Notes: generated by a model not told the origin, from the sequence alone. Positions 1 to 11,951 are shown, numbered from the stretch's first letter. The stretch is DNA of 39,804 bases from Octopus bimaculoides (GCF_001194135.2 NC_069004.1:10004010-10043813); one strand, 5' to 3'. Program-made: numbers and translations.

Positions 1-33
<33 letters not shown>

Positions 34-249
34 GTGTGTATATATGTTTGTGTGTCTGTGTTTGTCCCCCCAACATCGCTTGACAACCGATGCTGGTGTG
101 TTTACGTCCCTGTAACTTAGCGGTTCAGCAAAAGAGACCGATAGAATAAGTACTAGGCTTACAAAGAATAAGTCCTGGGGTCGATTTGCTCGACTAAAGG
201 CGGTGCTCCAGCATGGCCGCAGTCAAATGACTGAAACAAGTAAAAGAGT
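1..249 (+). mobile_element. 3' module of a microsatellite-containing SINE (family A/F)
   Basis: (TA)n/(TG)n followed by ttgtccccccaacatcgcttgacaaccgatgctgg...gactgaaacaagtaaaagag. The same module recurs at about 2300-2455, 12868-13075 (-), 15895-16104 (-), 25060-25240 and 29385-29530 (-). Confidence 0.8.
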
Positions 250-657
250 ATATATTCTCTTGTGTGTGTATCTAATATGGTTAGAAGAAAGGGATATAAC
301 GCGTATGGATGTAGATCTAGAATGGGTTGTATGTAAATGTGTGTGTGTGTGTGTGTGTGTCTATGTGGTCTGTGCGCGAGTAAATAATTATAGGAGCAGT
401 GACGAAAATATGGTAGATTTTATTATTTAAGCAACCATATGGAATATCATGAAACTGGGAACAACAGATGTATGTGTTTGTCCGTGTACGTATGTGAGTG
501 TATGTATGTACCTATACATGTATGTGTAATGTACTTGTGAGTGTTGTGTGTGTGTGTGCATTAATTAATTATGTAAGTAAATTGTGTGTGTGTGTGTGTG
601 GATGGTGGGGTAATGGTGTTCCTATGTATGGGTCAGTAACGTTTGTTTCTGTTAGAG

Positions 658-998
658 TATTTATTGCGGATCTTTTTTAAAACGGGGGCCACATTTTTCA
701 TTAACGAAACACTTTGAAACTTGGAACACTGGTAGAATGTGTCATATAAAACATCTTTTTCTCTTAGTCTTCTTTAAAAAAAAAGAAATCCATAAATTAT
801 TCCATGTTAAAGTTGTCGTATTTCTGTAATTTCAACCAATCACTGACGTCCATTCAGCCGATATACATTAAGTGCCGACTACATAAACAAACGATTCTGA
901 AACAATTAACCTTAACCCTAACCCTAGGGTTAAGGTTAGGGTTAGGGTTAGGGTTAAAGCAAATTTAAAATGAAAAAAGCAAATAAAACGAAGGTATG
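658..998. repeat. Interspersed repeat with a (CCCTAA)n-(TTAGGG)n palindrome, copy 1 (possibly a non-autonomous Helentron/HINE-like or MITE element)
   Basis: Shares its 5' ~35 bp and an identical 72-bp block (827-898) with 39461-39804. Telomere-like repeats pivot at CCCTAGGG (922-929). The class assignment is inference. Confidence 0.7.
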
Positions 999-1700
999 NN
1001 NNNNNNNNNNNNNNNNNNNNNNNNNNNNNNNNNNNNNNNNNNNNNNNNNNNNNNNNNNNNNNNNNNNNNNNNNNNNNNNNNNNNNNNNNNNNNNNNNNNN
1101 NNNNNNNNNNNNNNNNNNNNNNNNNNNNNNNNNNNNNNNNNNNNNNNNNNNNNNNNNNNNNNNNNNNNNNNNNNNNNNNNNNNNNNNNNNNNNNNNNNNN
1201 NNNNNNNNNNNNNNNNNNNNNNNNNNNNNNNNNNNNNNNNNNNNNNNNNNNNNNNNNNNNNNNNNNNNNNNNNNNNNNNNNNNNNNNNNNNNNNNNNNNN
1301 NNNNNNNNNNNNNNNNNNNNNNNNNNNNNNNNNNNNNNNNNNNNNNNNNNNNNNNNNNNNNNNNNNNNNNNNNNNNNNNNNNNNNNNNNNNNNNNNNNNN
1401 NNNNNNNNNNNNNNNNNNNNNNNNNNNNNNNNNNNNNNNNNNNNNNNNNNNNNNNNNNNNNNNNNNNNNNNNNNNNNNNNNNNNNNNNNNNNNNNNNNNN
1501 NNNNNNNNNNNNNNNNNNNNNNNNNNNNNNNNNNNNNNNNNNNNNNNNNNNNNNNNNNNNNNNNNNNNNNNNNNNNNNNNNNNNNNNNNNNNNNNNNNNN
1601 NNNNNNNNNNNNNNNNNNNNNNNNNNNNNNNNNNNNNNNNNNNNNNNNNNNNNNNNNNNNNNNNNNNNNNNNNNNNNNNNNNNNNNNNNNNNNNNNNNNN

Positions 1701-2290
1701 TTGTCCTCTCTATGTTTAGCCACTTGTGGGCAATATAGAAATAAGTATTTCGTCTGCCGTTACGTTCTGAATTCAAATTCCGCCGAGGTTGACATTGCCT
1801 TTCATCCTTTCGGAATCGTTAAATTAAATACCAGTCAGTTACGCACTGGGGTTGATGTAATCGACTTAATCCCTTTGTCTGTCCTTGTTTGTCCCCTCTA
1901 TGTTTAGCCCCTTGTGGGCAATAAAGAAATAAGAAACGTTAGCACGCCGGGCGAAATGCTTAGCGGTATTTCGTCTGCTGTTACGTTCTAAGTTCAAATT
2001 CCGCCGAAGTCGACATTGCCTTTCATCCTTTCGGGGTCGATAAATTAAATACCAGTTACGTACTAGGGTCGATGTAATCGACTTAACCCCTTTGTCTGTC
2101 CTTGTTTGTGCCCTCTATGTTTAGCCCCTTGTGGGCAATAAAGAAATAAGAAACTTTAGCATGCCTGACGAAATACTTAACGGTATTTCGTCTGCCGTTA
2201 CGTTTTGGGTTCAAATTCCGCCGGGGTCGACTTTGCCTTTCATCCTTTCGGGGTCGATAAATTAAGTACCAGTTGCGTACTGGGGTCGAT
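1701..2290 (+). mobile_element. Head-to-tail array of about 3 CORE-like tRNA-derived SINE units (family B)
   Basis: Units of about 217 bp restart at agaaacgttagcacgcc (~1933, ~2150). Each has the B-box-like gagttcaaattcc and the gcctttcatcctttcggggtcgataaattaagtacc core. Confidence 0.85.
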
Positions 2291-3036
2291 CTCACCCTCA
2301 CCATTGCTTGACAACCGATGCTGGTGTGTTTCTTAACGGTTCAGCAAAAGAGACCGATAGAATAAATACTAGGCTTACAAAGTTCTGGGGGTGATTTTTT
2401 TCAACTAAAGGCTGTGCTCCAAATGATGACTGAAACAAGTAAAAGAATAAAAGAAAGAATATATATATATATATATATATATANNNNNNNNNNNNNNNNN
2501 NNNNNNNNNNNNNNNNNNNNNNNNNNNNNNNNNNNNNNNNNNNNNNNNNNNNNNNNNNNNNNNNNNNNNNNNNNNNNNNNNNNNNNNNNNNNNNNNNNNN
2601 NNNNNNNNNNNNNNNNNNNNNNNNNNNNNNNNNNNNNNNNNNNNNNNNNNNNNNNNNNNNNNNNNNNNNNNNNNNNNNNNNNNNNNNNNNNNNNNNNNNN
2701 NNNNNNNNNNNNNNNNNNNNNNNNNNNNNNNNNNNNNNNNNNNNNNNNNNNNNNNNNNNNNNNNNNNNNNNNNNNNNNNNNNNNNNNNNNNNNNNNNNNN
2801 NNNNNNNNNNNNNNNNNNNNNNNNNNNNNNNNNNNNNNNNNNNNNNNNNNNNNNNNNNNNNNNNNNNNNNNNNNNNNNNNNNNNNNNNNNNNNNNNNNNN
2901 NNNNNNNNNNNNNNNNNNNNNNNNNNNNNNNNNNNNNNNNNNNNNNNNNNNNNNNNNNNNNNNNNNNNNNNNNNNNNNNNNNNNNNNNNNNNNNNNNNNN
3001 NNNNNNNNNNACAGAGTTAATCCTGTTATATATTTA

Positions 3037-3314
3037 AGAGATGAGGAATTATTTACATTATTTACATTATTTACATTTGACGGATATTTGTCCTCATCTT
3101 GTTTGTTGTTAACACGTTTCGGCTGATATACCCTTCAGCCTTCGTCAGGTGTCTTGGGGAAATTTCGAACCTGGGTTCTCATTCCTAACGATGTTATTAT
3201 TATTATATTATTATTATTATTATTATTACTATTATTAATCAGGTCACTGCCGTGAATTGAACTCGGAATCTTGGGGTTAGTAGCCCACGCTCTTAACCAC
3301 TACGCCGTATGCCC
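3037..3314 (-). mobile_element. Composite element: tRNA-like head + (AAT)n + Penelope-type hammerhead-like motif + (TGTAAATAA)3 tail
   Basis: Minus strand 3314-3239 is a tRNA-like sequence with A box (ggcgtagtggt) and B box (gagttcaattc). 3153-3111 reads GACAC CTGACGA A GGCTGA-loop-TCAGCC GAAAC GTGTT. Confidence 0.65.
3111..3153 (-). ncRNA. Minimal hammerhead ribozyme-like motif, probably inactive
   Basis: CUGANGA core, perfect 6-bp stem II, GAAAC, and a 5-bp stem I (GACAC/GTGTT). Stem III and the NUH triplet appear to be missing. Confidence 0.55.
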
Positions 3315-5548
3315 GTTAATCCTTCCCGACAAAACAAATAAAAATACATTTCCCATTAATTCAGTTAACATTGGAAAGGATTGAAATAAATGGGGAGGAA
3401 GAAAAAAAAGAAAAAACGAAACGAATTTAAATGAGAACCCAATATTATTGGAGCAAGGTATTATTAATTAAATGAAAGAAGAAAAGGAAAAGCTAATTCC
3501 CTTGAGGGTTTTTTAGGAAGTGAGCTATTTCAAGGGAAATAAATTTATTGAATTCTTGCATATTTCATTTATTTGGAAATTGGTGCCAAGAGATTTCTAT
3601 GTAGTTCAGACCACTTTGATATTATTATTATTAAATTTACAGCCAGCTGTTAAAGAGCAAACAAGTACCATGCTTACATTGCATATTTTAGGTACCTAAA
3701 TAGTCGCAAGCTGGTATAAATATCTTCTCGATTCTTCTATCCTTTAACCCAGCCAAATTTGTATTTTCTGGTATTCTTTGTCATCAGTTTTATAAAAGAA
3801 CACTGTTCAGTTTCTTTCGACTAATTTTTTTCTTTAAGTTAAATCTGTAATTATTTAAAATTATGGTGTTTGTGAAAAGGTTAGTGATTGTCGTTGGCAG
3901 CCTAGTAGGAGAAGCACAAATATACACAATCCCGAACAGGTCTATCCATGACAACCTCCACCTTATGTGATACATCATGGAGATGGCTGGGACTAAAGCT
4001 CAATGTGATTCACCTTCTCAATCGTAACATTCATCCTTAGATCTCTTTTGAGTCTTACATGTGTTATCCTGGCCTCTTTAAATGCTTTCACTCCACTCCA
4101 CACTTTTGTTCACCATCCAGCTCTATCCAAAGCAAGGGTTTGTATGTCCTCCATTCAAGTGACTTTATGGTAGTCTTTATGCCGTCCATGGTAGTCTTTA
4201 TACCGATAGCGTTTCCTCTCTGCAAGCTCACCATAAAACAGTTGTTTGGGCATGCATTCATCCGCCATGTATATATGTGTAAATTCATATATGCATATGA
4301 ACTTACACATATATACATACGTACGTGCGTATGTATGTACATACGTACATACAGACATATGTATGTATATATATACATACAGGCATCATTATTACATCAA
4401 TCTTTATTTGCACTGTGAACAGAGAGATTTAAAATGATGACTTGCAAATTTATTCGTAATACCTTCCAACAAATATGCTAGTTACTGTTGTGTATGTCAC
4501 AGGAAAACAACCTCTCTTTCCTCTTTGCCACAGTAGTGTGTATGTATGTATATGATGGTGGATGTGATATGAAGAAAATTTGACTGTTCCTTGCTGATCA
4601 TTGTACAGATACATCAGGGGTGAAGCCACTTGTACTCTAAACTTTTCCTGCACTTAAAGTGAAAAACTACCCGCTGATGAAGTTATTAAGAAAATATATG
4701 AAACCAACATTTCAGTCTGTAATGCAAAAAGTAATTTAAAAGAGGATTAGAGAATTAATCTTTAAAGATTAAAAATAAATGAAATTTCTTGTCACACATG
4801 AATTCTCCACCCCTGGTTGGGTGGTGTCAAAGATCCCTTGGTTCATGGGAGGTGGGTGAGAAGGGTTAAAGTGGGACAGACCTGCAAAACAAGATTTCAG
4901 AAATTCTTAAGTGTTTACTTTTCTCATGATAAGAAAGTTTCATTTGTTTATTCAGTATGTGCATCATTAGAGGGATTAGTTTGGTTTGTTTCTTCCTTTT
5001 TTGGAGTTATACCCTGTCTTTGAACATTTGCAGGTGGTAGAATAGTTTTCCTTTAGTGTATTTGGCTGGGTCATTATGCCAATGATAAATACTACACAGT
5101 GGTGCGATTTCACTTCTTTTACTATAAATAGCCAATTGAAGGCGATGAGCTGGTAGAATCTTTACCACACCGGAAAAAATGCTTCAAGGCATTTCTTCAC
5201 NNNNNNNNNNGGCGATGAGCTGGTAGAATCTTTACCACACCGGAAAAAATGCTTCAAGGCATTTCTTCACCGATTATTTTTTTATATTTTCTTTACTTTA
5301 CATGTATATGTAAAGTTTCACATAGTTCTCTTGTACACGCACAGACATATACACATATATTCACATATTTTCAGCATTGAACATTACCAGCCCATCTCCA
5401 TTGTACACACACACACACACACACACACAGGACTTTTTTTTGAGATTTGGTTACTGGTAGTGGTGGGGAGGTTGGCGGTATTGGTGGTAGTGGTAAAGAC
5501 ATTGGTGGCGGTGGTGGTGATGGTTGTGGCAGTATTAGTGATTGTGAA

Positions 5549-5765
5549 GGCGGCGAGCTGGCAGAAACGTTAGCACGCCAGGCGAAATGCTTAGAGGCAT
5601 TTTGTCTGTCTTTACGTTCTGAGTTCAAATTTCTCCTGAGGTCGACTTTGCCTTTCATCCTTTCGGGGTTGATAAATTAAGTACCAGTTGTGAACTGAGG
5701 TCGATCTAATCGACTGGACCGCTCTCCAAAAATTTCAGGCCTTGTGCCTAGAGTAGAAAAGAATA
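5549..5765 (+). mobile_element. CORE-like tRNA SINE (family B)
   Basis: ggcggcgagctggcagaaacgttagcac head, B box and core. Flanked by (GGT)n-rich tracts. Confidence 0.85.
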
Positions 5766-6245
5766 TTAGTGACTGTGATGATGGTTAGTGGTAGTGGCGG
5801 CAGTGGTGTTGGTGGTAGTGGTGGGAGTGGTGTTGGTGGTAGTGGCGGCAGTGGTGGTGGTAGCAACTGTGGTTGTGGTGGATGGATATATCCCCCTGCC
5901 CACTCTTCTATGTGTTTTGAATTTTAACTGATAATTTGCTGAAGAGGGAAAGACAGACTGAGTCAAATAGACAGCACAGAATCTGTGTCAGGTGCCCTAT
6001 AAAGTCAATCAAGTTCTCAAATATAGGCCATGTTTGAATGTTGCCTTATTATGAGAGAATGGTTGGGCGAATATGTCTGTTGGACTGGAACACACTGTGC
6101 TAGTCTCTCTTTCTCTCTCTCCTTCTCTTTCTTTCTCCTCTCTCCATCTATCTATTTGTGTGTGTGTGTGCTGAAATAAGTATTGGGATAATATGATATA
6201 ACCTGTTGTCTAATGAATGAGACCAGTAAAAAAATGTATGCATAT

Positions 6246-6392
6246 CAGAGGCGGACCCAAACTTTAGGGGTATGTGCCCTCCTCAAGAAAAGCAGTATGC
6301 CCTTCTAAATAATGTCATGCCCTTTTCTCCTGGAATTGTATTCCCTTCTGACATTGTGCCCTCCCTTCAAAAAATTCCTGGGACCACGCCTG
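6246..6392. mobile_element. Small MITE, possibly Harbinger-like
   Basis: Imperfect TIRs CAGAGGCGGACCC / GGGACCACGCCTG, a 3-bp TAT on both flanks, and internal repeated tgccct motifs. Confidence 0.4.
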
Positions 6393-6464
6393 TATATAAG
6401 GATGAGTGGTTGCATGCACGTGTGTAGTTATATGTATGTAAATAGTTAGGTATGTACATATATA

Positions 6465-6503
<39 letters not shown>

Positions 6504-9325
6504 NNNNNNNNNNNNNNNNNNNNNNNNNNNNNNNNNNNNNNNNNNNNNNNNNNNNNNNNNNNNNNNNNNNNNNNNNNNNNNNNNNNNNNNNNNNNNNNNN
6601 NNNNNNNNNNNNNNNNNNNNNNNNNNNNNNNNNNNNNNNNNNNNNNNNNNNNNNNNNNNNNNNNNNNNNNNNNNNNNNNNNNNNNNNNNNNNNNNNNNNN
6701 NNNNNNNNNNNNNNNNNNNNNNNNNNNNNNNNNNNNNNNNNNNNNNNNNNNNNNNNNNNNNNNNNNNNNNNNNNNNNNNNNNNNNNNNNNNNNNNNNNNN
6801 NNNNNNNNNNNNNNNNNNNNNNNNNNNNNNNNNNNNNNNNNNNNNNNNNNNNNNNNNNNNNNNNNNNNNNNNNNNNNNNNNNNNNNNNNNNNNNNNNNNN
6901 NNNNNNNNNNNNNNNNNNNNNNNNNNNNNNNNNNNNNNNNNNNNNNNNNNNNNNNNNNNNNNNNNNNNNNNNNNNNNNNNNNNNNNNNNNNNNNNNNNNN
7001 NNNNNNNNNNNNNNNNNNNNNNNNNNNNNNNNNNNNNNNNNNNNNNNNNNNNNNNNNNNNNNNNNNNNNNNNNNNNNNNNNNNNNNNNNNNNNNNNNNNN
7101 NNNNNNNNNNNNNNNNNNNNNNNNNNNNNNNNNNNNNNNNNNNNNNNNNNNNNNNNNNNNNNNNNNNNNNNNNNNNNNNNNNNNNNNNNNNNNNNNNNNN
7201 CTTAAGTCTTGTTTTATTCTACCTCCTGTACACTGCGTGTTTGTGGTCGTTTGTATATATGTTGTATATAATGTTTGTGTGTATGTGCATGTGTTTGTGC
7301 GGTTGTGTGTGTGTGTGTGTGTGTGTGTCTGGTTGTATGTTATGTAGTTGCCTGGTTGAGTGTGTACACAATTGGCTGTGCGTATTTGTATGTATGTATG
7401 TATGTGTGTCTGTGTATGTGTGTGAGGATGATGGGGAAGTCTGTATATTGTATTTCTGTGTATACATACGTATGTATGTTTGTGTGTGTGTGTGTGTTTG
7501 TACAATGAGAACTTCCTCAGTATTCCATGTGTGTGTGTCTATATGTTGGCGATGAAAAAATTCATTAAGTTTTATGTGTGTCTATGTGTATTTTATAGGA
7601 ACATTGTCCATATATTTTGTGCTTTTGATTGTTTGTGTGTGTGTGTGTATGTGTATGTAATAGGGAACGTTATAAATTGTATGTGCATGTGCATGTGTAT
7701 GTGTATGTATATGCTTATCTATTCAAATATATAGAGAATACCTGTCACTCTAATATGCAAATAGAAAATACAAATACCCATCAATGACTTTGTTTTGTCA
7801 GCATAGTGTAATCACGCACCAACACCACTACTCTTGCCTCCCTCACCATTCTCAAAAGAGATTTGTTTTCATTAAACAAGATAATATACTCTGAGGTCCT
7901 TGAAATTAAAGTTGACACTTTGGAATATATATCTTCATTATCATCATCATCATCATTTATTAACGTCGGTTTTCTATTCTGATTAGGGGTTGCATGGTTT
8001 GACAGGATATGGTGAGCCACACAGCTGAGCTTCAATGTATGACTGTATGCCCTTCCTAGCTTAAACCAGCAAACCAATCTTCATGAAAGTTTGCATAGAT
8101 GTTAAACTAACATCTGGTTCAATTATATATAGGCTAATTGTATTTCAATAAAAATTGCTAATGGGTTCCCCATAGGAGTTGGGCTATTATATGATAAAAT
8201 GAGAAGGGTCCAAAAGTGTTAGGTTGAGGGAAATGTGGTGGTATAATGAGGTTGGCTGATATTAGGGAAGGGGAGGAGACAGAGAGATAGGGAATGTGAG
8301 AGACAGAAAGAGACAAGGACAGAGCGGGAGAGAGAGAATCTGTCTACTGAATTTTCACCTATCAGTTAACACATACACTTTAGTAAGTTAATTATCATAT
8401 GCTCCATCAAAGCTTTTAGAACATCAATAACAAATGTAAAAGTAAGTAGTGAAAGGTAAAGTGTTTTTATATTTGTTTTCAAATCACCATATTAAGATTT
8501 GTTGAAACTTTACCAACATACTGAAACAAAAAAACTATAGATAATATATATATCTCATGTATATTCAAAATTATAAATGAAATATTCTGCTCCAGATAAG
8601 GTGGTGAGAATGGACAGAAATGGATGAGTTCATCCTTGATAATGTGTGTGTGTGTGTGTATTGATTTTGTATTTGTTTTGAAAGATTCTTCATGTGAAAA
8701 CATGTGTAGAGACAGATGTGCTATCTTGGTTGTGGGCAGAAGTCATTACACTAAGAGGGAACACATGTAGACACACACAACTGCGTATGTATGTAGGTAG
8801 GTAGGTAGGTAAGTAGGTAGGAATGAAAGAGTAATGAGCTTAAGCCTAGCACAGCCAACCATGACCCACAAGCGGATATGATTTGGTGACATGTACCATG
8901 CTTTCACAAATTGCTTTAGACATCTGCATAGTCTTAAGCAGGTATAGACGTTATCTTGACTCACCTAAGCATGAGTTGAAATAGGAAATAGAAACATCTG
9001 TTAAAATTAAACAGTAACTCTACTACATCTGCCAGTTTTAGGGCCTTTTAGGGCTCCCTGGTTTCTAAGCACTTTTAGGGTAGCATAGACCCCCCACCCC
9101 ACCCAACATGCATAGAGGCACAAGCATGGCTGTGATAGTCTCTGGTGTAGCTGTGTGGTAAAAATTTTGCCAGCCTGGAAGGAGGGTGTTAAATGATGAT
9201 GATATATGTGTGTATGTGTGAAGTAGGTTCTAGCATGGTTTTTACGGCTGGATGCCCTTCCTGATACAAACTACTCCAAAGAGTGTACTGGGTGCTTTTT
9301 GTGTGATGTGTGTGTATGTGTGTGT

Positions 9326-9630
9326 CATCATCATCATCATCATCATCGTTTAACGTCCGCTTTCCATGCTAGCATGGGTTGGACGATTTGACTGAGGACT
9401 GGTGGAACCCGAAGGCTACACCAGGCTCCAGTCTGATTTGGCAGAGTTTCTACAGCTGGATGCCCTTCCTAACGCCAACCACTCCGAGAGTGTAGTAGGT
9501 GCTTTTATGTGTCACCCGCACGAAGGCCAGTCAGGCGATACTGGCAACGGCCACGCTCAAAATGGTGTATTTTATGTGCCACCCTCACAAGAGCCAGTCC
9601 AGGGGCACTGGCAACGATCTCGCTCGAAAG
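9326..9630 (-). mobile_element. (GAT)n-tailed retroelement (family C), ending 75 bp upstream of a CPE exon
   Basis: Reverse complement of the copies at 13235-13520, 18790-19210 and 21676-22030. The (CAT)n tail is at the left end. Confidence 0.85.
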
Positions 9631-9705
9631 TGTGTTTATATGTATATAGGGAAATAATGTATTATTTTAAACACTCCACTTTTTATTACTCAATTTCTGT
9701 TGCAG

Positions 9706-9911
9706 GGGAACCGGAGTTTAAATATGTCGCCAACATGCACGGCAATGAAGTGGTTGGACGAGAGATGCTGCTCCAACTGGCCGTGTACCTGTGCAAGCAA
9801 TACAAAGCAGGAAATGAGCCTATCCAGTGGCTTGTTGACCATACTCGTATACACCTGATGCCATCAATGAACCCTGATGGGTGGGAATTGGCCAATAAGC
9901 ATCTGAAAACT
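9706..9911 (+). CDS. CPE: Carboxypeptidase E-like, first visible coding exon ([20 protein letters not shown]...[15 protein letters not shown])
   Basis: Acceptor ttgcAG at 9704-9705 (phase 1) and donor GTAAGT at 9912 (phase 0). Encodes the M14B HGNE zinc-binding motif and MPSMNPDG. Confidence 0.95.
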
Positions 9912-10269
9912 GTAAGTCCAAATTCACCATCCCAGTTCTACCATTGTCTACCAACTCCATTATACCACCCTTAAATCTTGCCATCCAAGATACCCACACC
10001 AAATGGTTAGGTGCCACCGTTTTTGTTCCGTTTGTTTGCTTGCTTGTTGCTTTTATCTTTTACTTGTTTCAGTCAATGGTTTGTGGTCATACTGGAGCAA
10101 CTCCGATACTTATTTGCAGCCTGACACTTTCGTTTGCAGAACTGCTGTGTGGATGTGAACAAACCAACACTGGTTGTCAAGTGGTAGTAAGGGACAAACA
10201 CAAAGACTCAGATACATGTATATATATGTGTGTGTAGTATATACATATATGTGTGTGTGTGTATGTGTG

Positions 10270-10655
10270 TGTGCAAGTGTGATTGTGGTAAGAAGATTGC
10301 TTCCCAACCACATGGTTCCAGGTTCAGAGTCAGGAAGTGGTACCTTGGTTCAACTGTCTTCTACTATAGCCCAAGGTTGACCAAGGTCTTATGAGTGGAT
10401 TTGGTAGACGAAAACTGAAAGAAGCCTGCCATATATCAGCACTACGGTGGCAAACTGGAGAATCACTAGCACACTTGGCAAAATGCTTAGCAGCGTTTTG
10501 TCCGTCTTTACATTCTGAGTTCAAATTCCATCAGGGTCAAGTTTGCCTTTCGTCCTTTTGGATGTACCAGCTACGCACTGGGATCGATGTAATCGACTTG
10601 CCCCCTCCTGCAAAATTGGCGACCTTGTGCCAAAATTTAAATCATTATTATTACT
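10270..10655 (+). mobile_element. Decayed family F SINE head followed by a decayed family B SINE
   Basis: gtggtaagaagattgcttcccaaccacatggttcc tRNA-like head, then the B core and an (ATT)n tail. Confidence 0.7.
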
Positions 10656-11039
10656 ATCAGTATTGTTGCTTATCAGCAAAGTTTGAAATAGATATGTGCA
10701 ATATTCAAGACAACATCTGTCCATTCACTCCAATGTTGTGTTTGATTGCAGGCATTAAACGGGTTTTAAAAAGAAATGAAAACAGAATAAGCATAGAACA
10801 AAATAAAACATATGAAATAGAAAACAAAGATCTCATTTATATCTCTTTCGTTTGTATTGTCTGTGTATTTGTACAAGTGTTTTTTATCTGTTAGTGCTTG
10901 TGCGTGTGTGGGTTGATATGTGTGTGTGCTTTTGTGTGTGGGGGTTGATATGCAAATATGTCAGGTGTGGATTGTATGGTTAGATAAGGCAGGCCATACC
11001 TACCCAAACTACAGCTATAAATATTAGTTTCACATTTTG

Positions 11040-11440
11040 GCACTGAGCCAGCAAGTTCTTGGGAGGGGCTAATCAATTACACCGATTTCAATGCTCAACT
11101 GGTACTTATCTTATCAACCCAAAAAGGATGATAGACAAACTCAACCTTGGCACAATTTGAACTCGGAATGTAAAGACAGAAAATGCCACTAAGCAATTTG
11201 CCCAGCATGCTAATGATTCTGTCAGCTCACTGCATTATATAGCTATAAATGTGGATTTCAAATTTTGGCACAAAGCCAGCAATTTTGGGGCAGGGGCTAA
11301 GTTATTTACATCCACCCCAGAACTCAACTGGAACACATTTTATTGACCCTGAAAGGATGACAGCCAAAGTCAACCTCAGCAGAATTTGAACTTAGAACAT
11401 AAAGACAGACGAAATATCACTTAACAAGTCTACCAGCTTG
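11040..11440 (-). mobile_element. Two decayed family B SINE copies
   Basis: Reverse-complement core aaggatga...aatttgaactc occurs twice. Confidence 0.7.
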
Positions 11441-11951
11441 CTGCATTATACAGATATAGATATTAATTATTGATCTGCTTAGGACTTGTTCCCAATTTAC
11501 GCGGGGTTACAGAGGACGTCGTCAAACCAGATACTCAGCTAATTTCTTGGTGCAGTAGGAATTGAACGCACCAGTCGAAGGGAGACAAGTTGTTGTATGG
11601 GAAACCAAACAATGGGATAAGTTTAGAAACCCTGCCTCTACGTTTTGTAGTAGTTTGTGGTTATGAAAGTTATTTATGCAGTGGGACTGAACCCAGAACC
11701 ATGTGGTTGGTAAGCTAATTGCTAAATGTGTGACTTACATATGAGGAATAGATTTATTTGGTAGAGAGATGTTGAATATATTGTGTGTGTGTGTGTGAGA
11801 CGGTGTGTGTATATCTGTATGATTGTGTTTCTGTGAGTGTGTGCGTGTGTGAACGCGTCTGTATGCATGAGGTGTGAATGTGTATGTGTATGTGGTAGGA
11901 TATAAATGCGTGTGTGTGTGTGTGCTTGTTTCTGTATACATGTATGTATGT

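Noticed and set aside
914-956. True telomere or chromosome-fusion site
   Set aside because: Only a few units, the wrong polarity for a fusion, and embedded in a dispersed repeat with a second copy in the window.
1701-2290. CRISPR-like or prokaryotic repeat arrays
   Set aside because: This is eukaryotic DNA; the units are SINE copies with no unique spacers.
3239-3314. Functional tRNA-Ser(ACT) gene
   Set aside because: The acceptor stem is broken and the anticodon atypical, and it is embedded in a repeat. Treated as a SINE head.
5141-5270. Exact 60-bp direct repeat either side of 10 Ns
   Set aside because: Typical unmerged contig overlap, an assembly artefact.
8900-9010. Minus-strand micro-exon candidate with a GTGAGT donor
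   Set aside because: 33 nt with an in-frame stop in one frame and no supporting neighbouring exons.
1-9700. Search for the upstream CPE exon(s) (signal peptide, ...HEPG)
   Set aside because: No AG-flanked frame with these motifs was found by eye; they are probably upstream of the window or in a gap.
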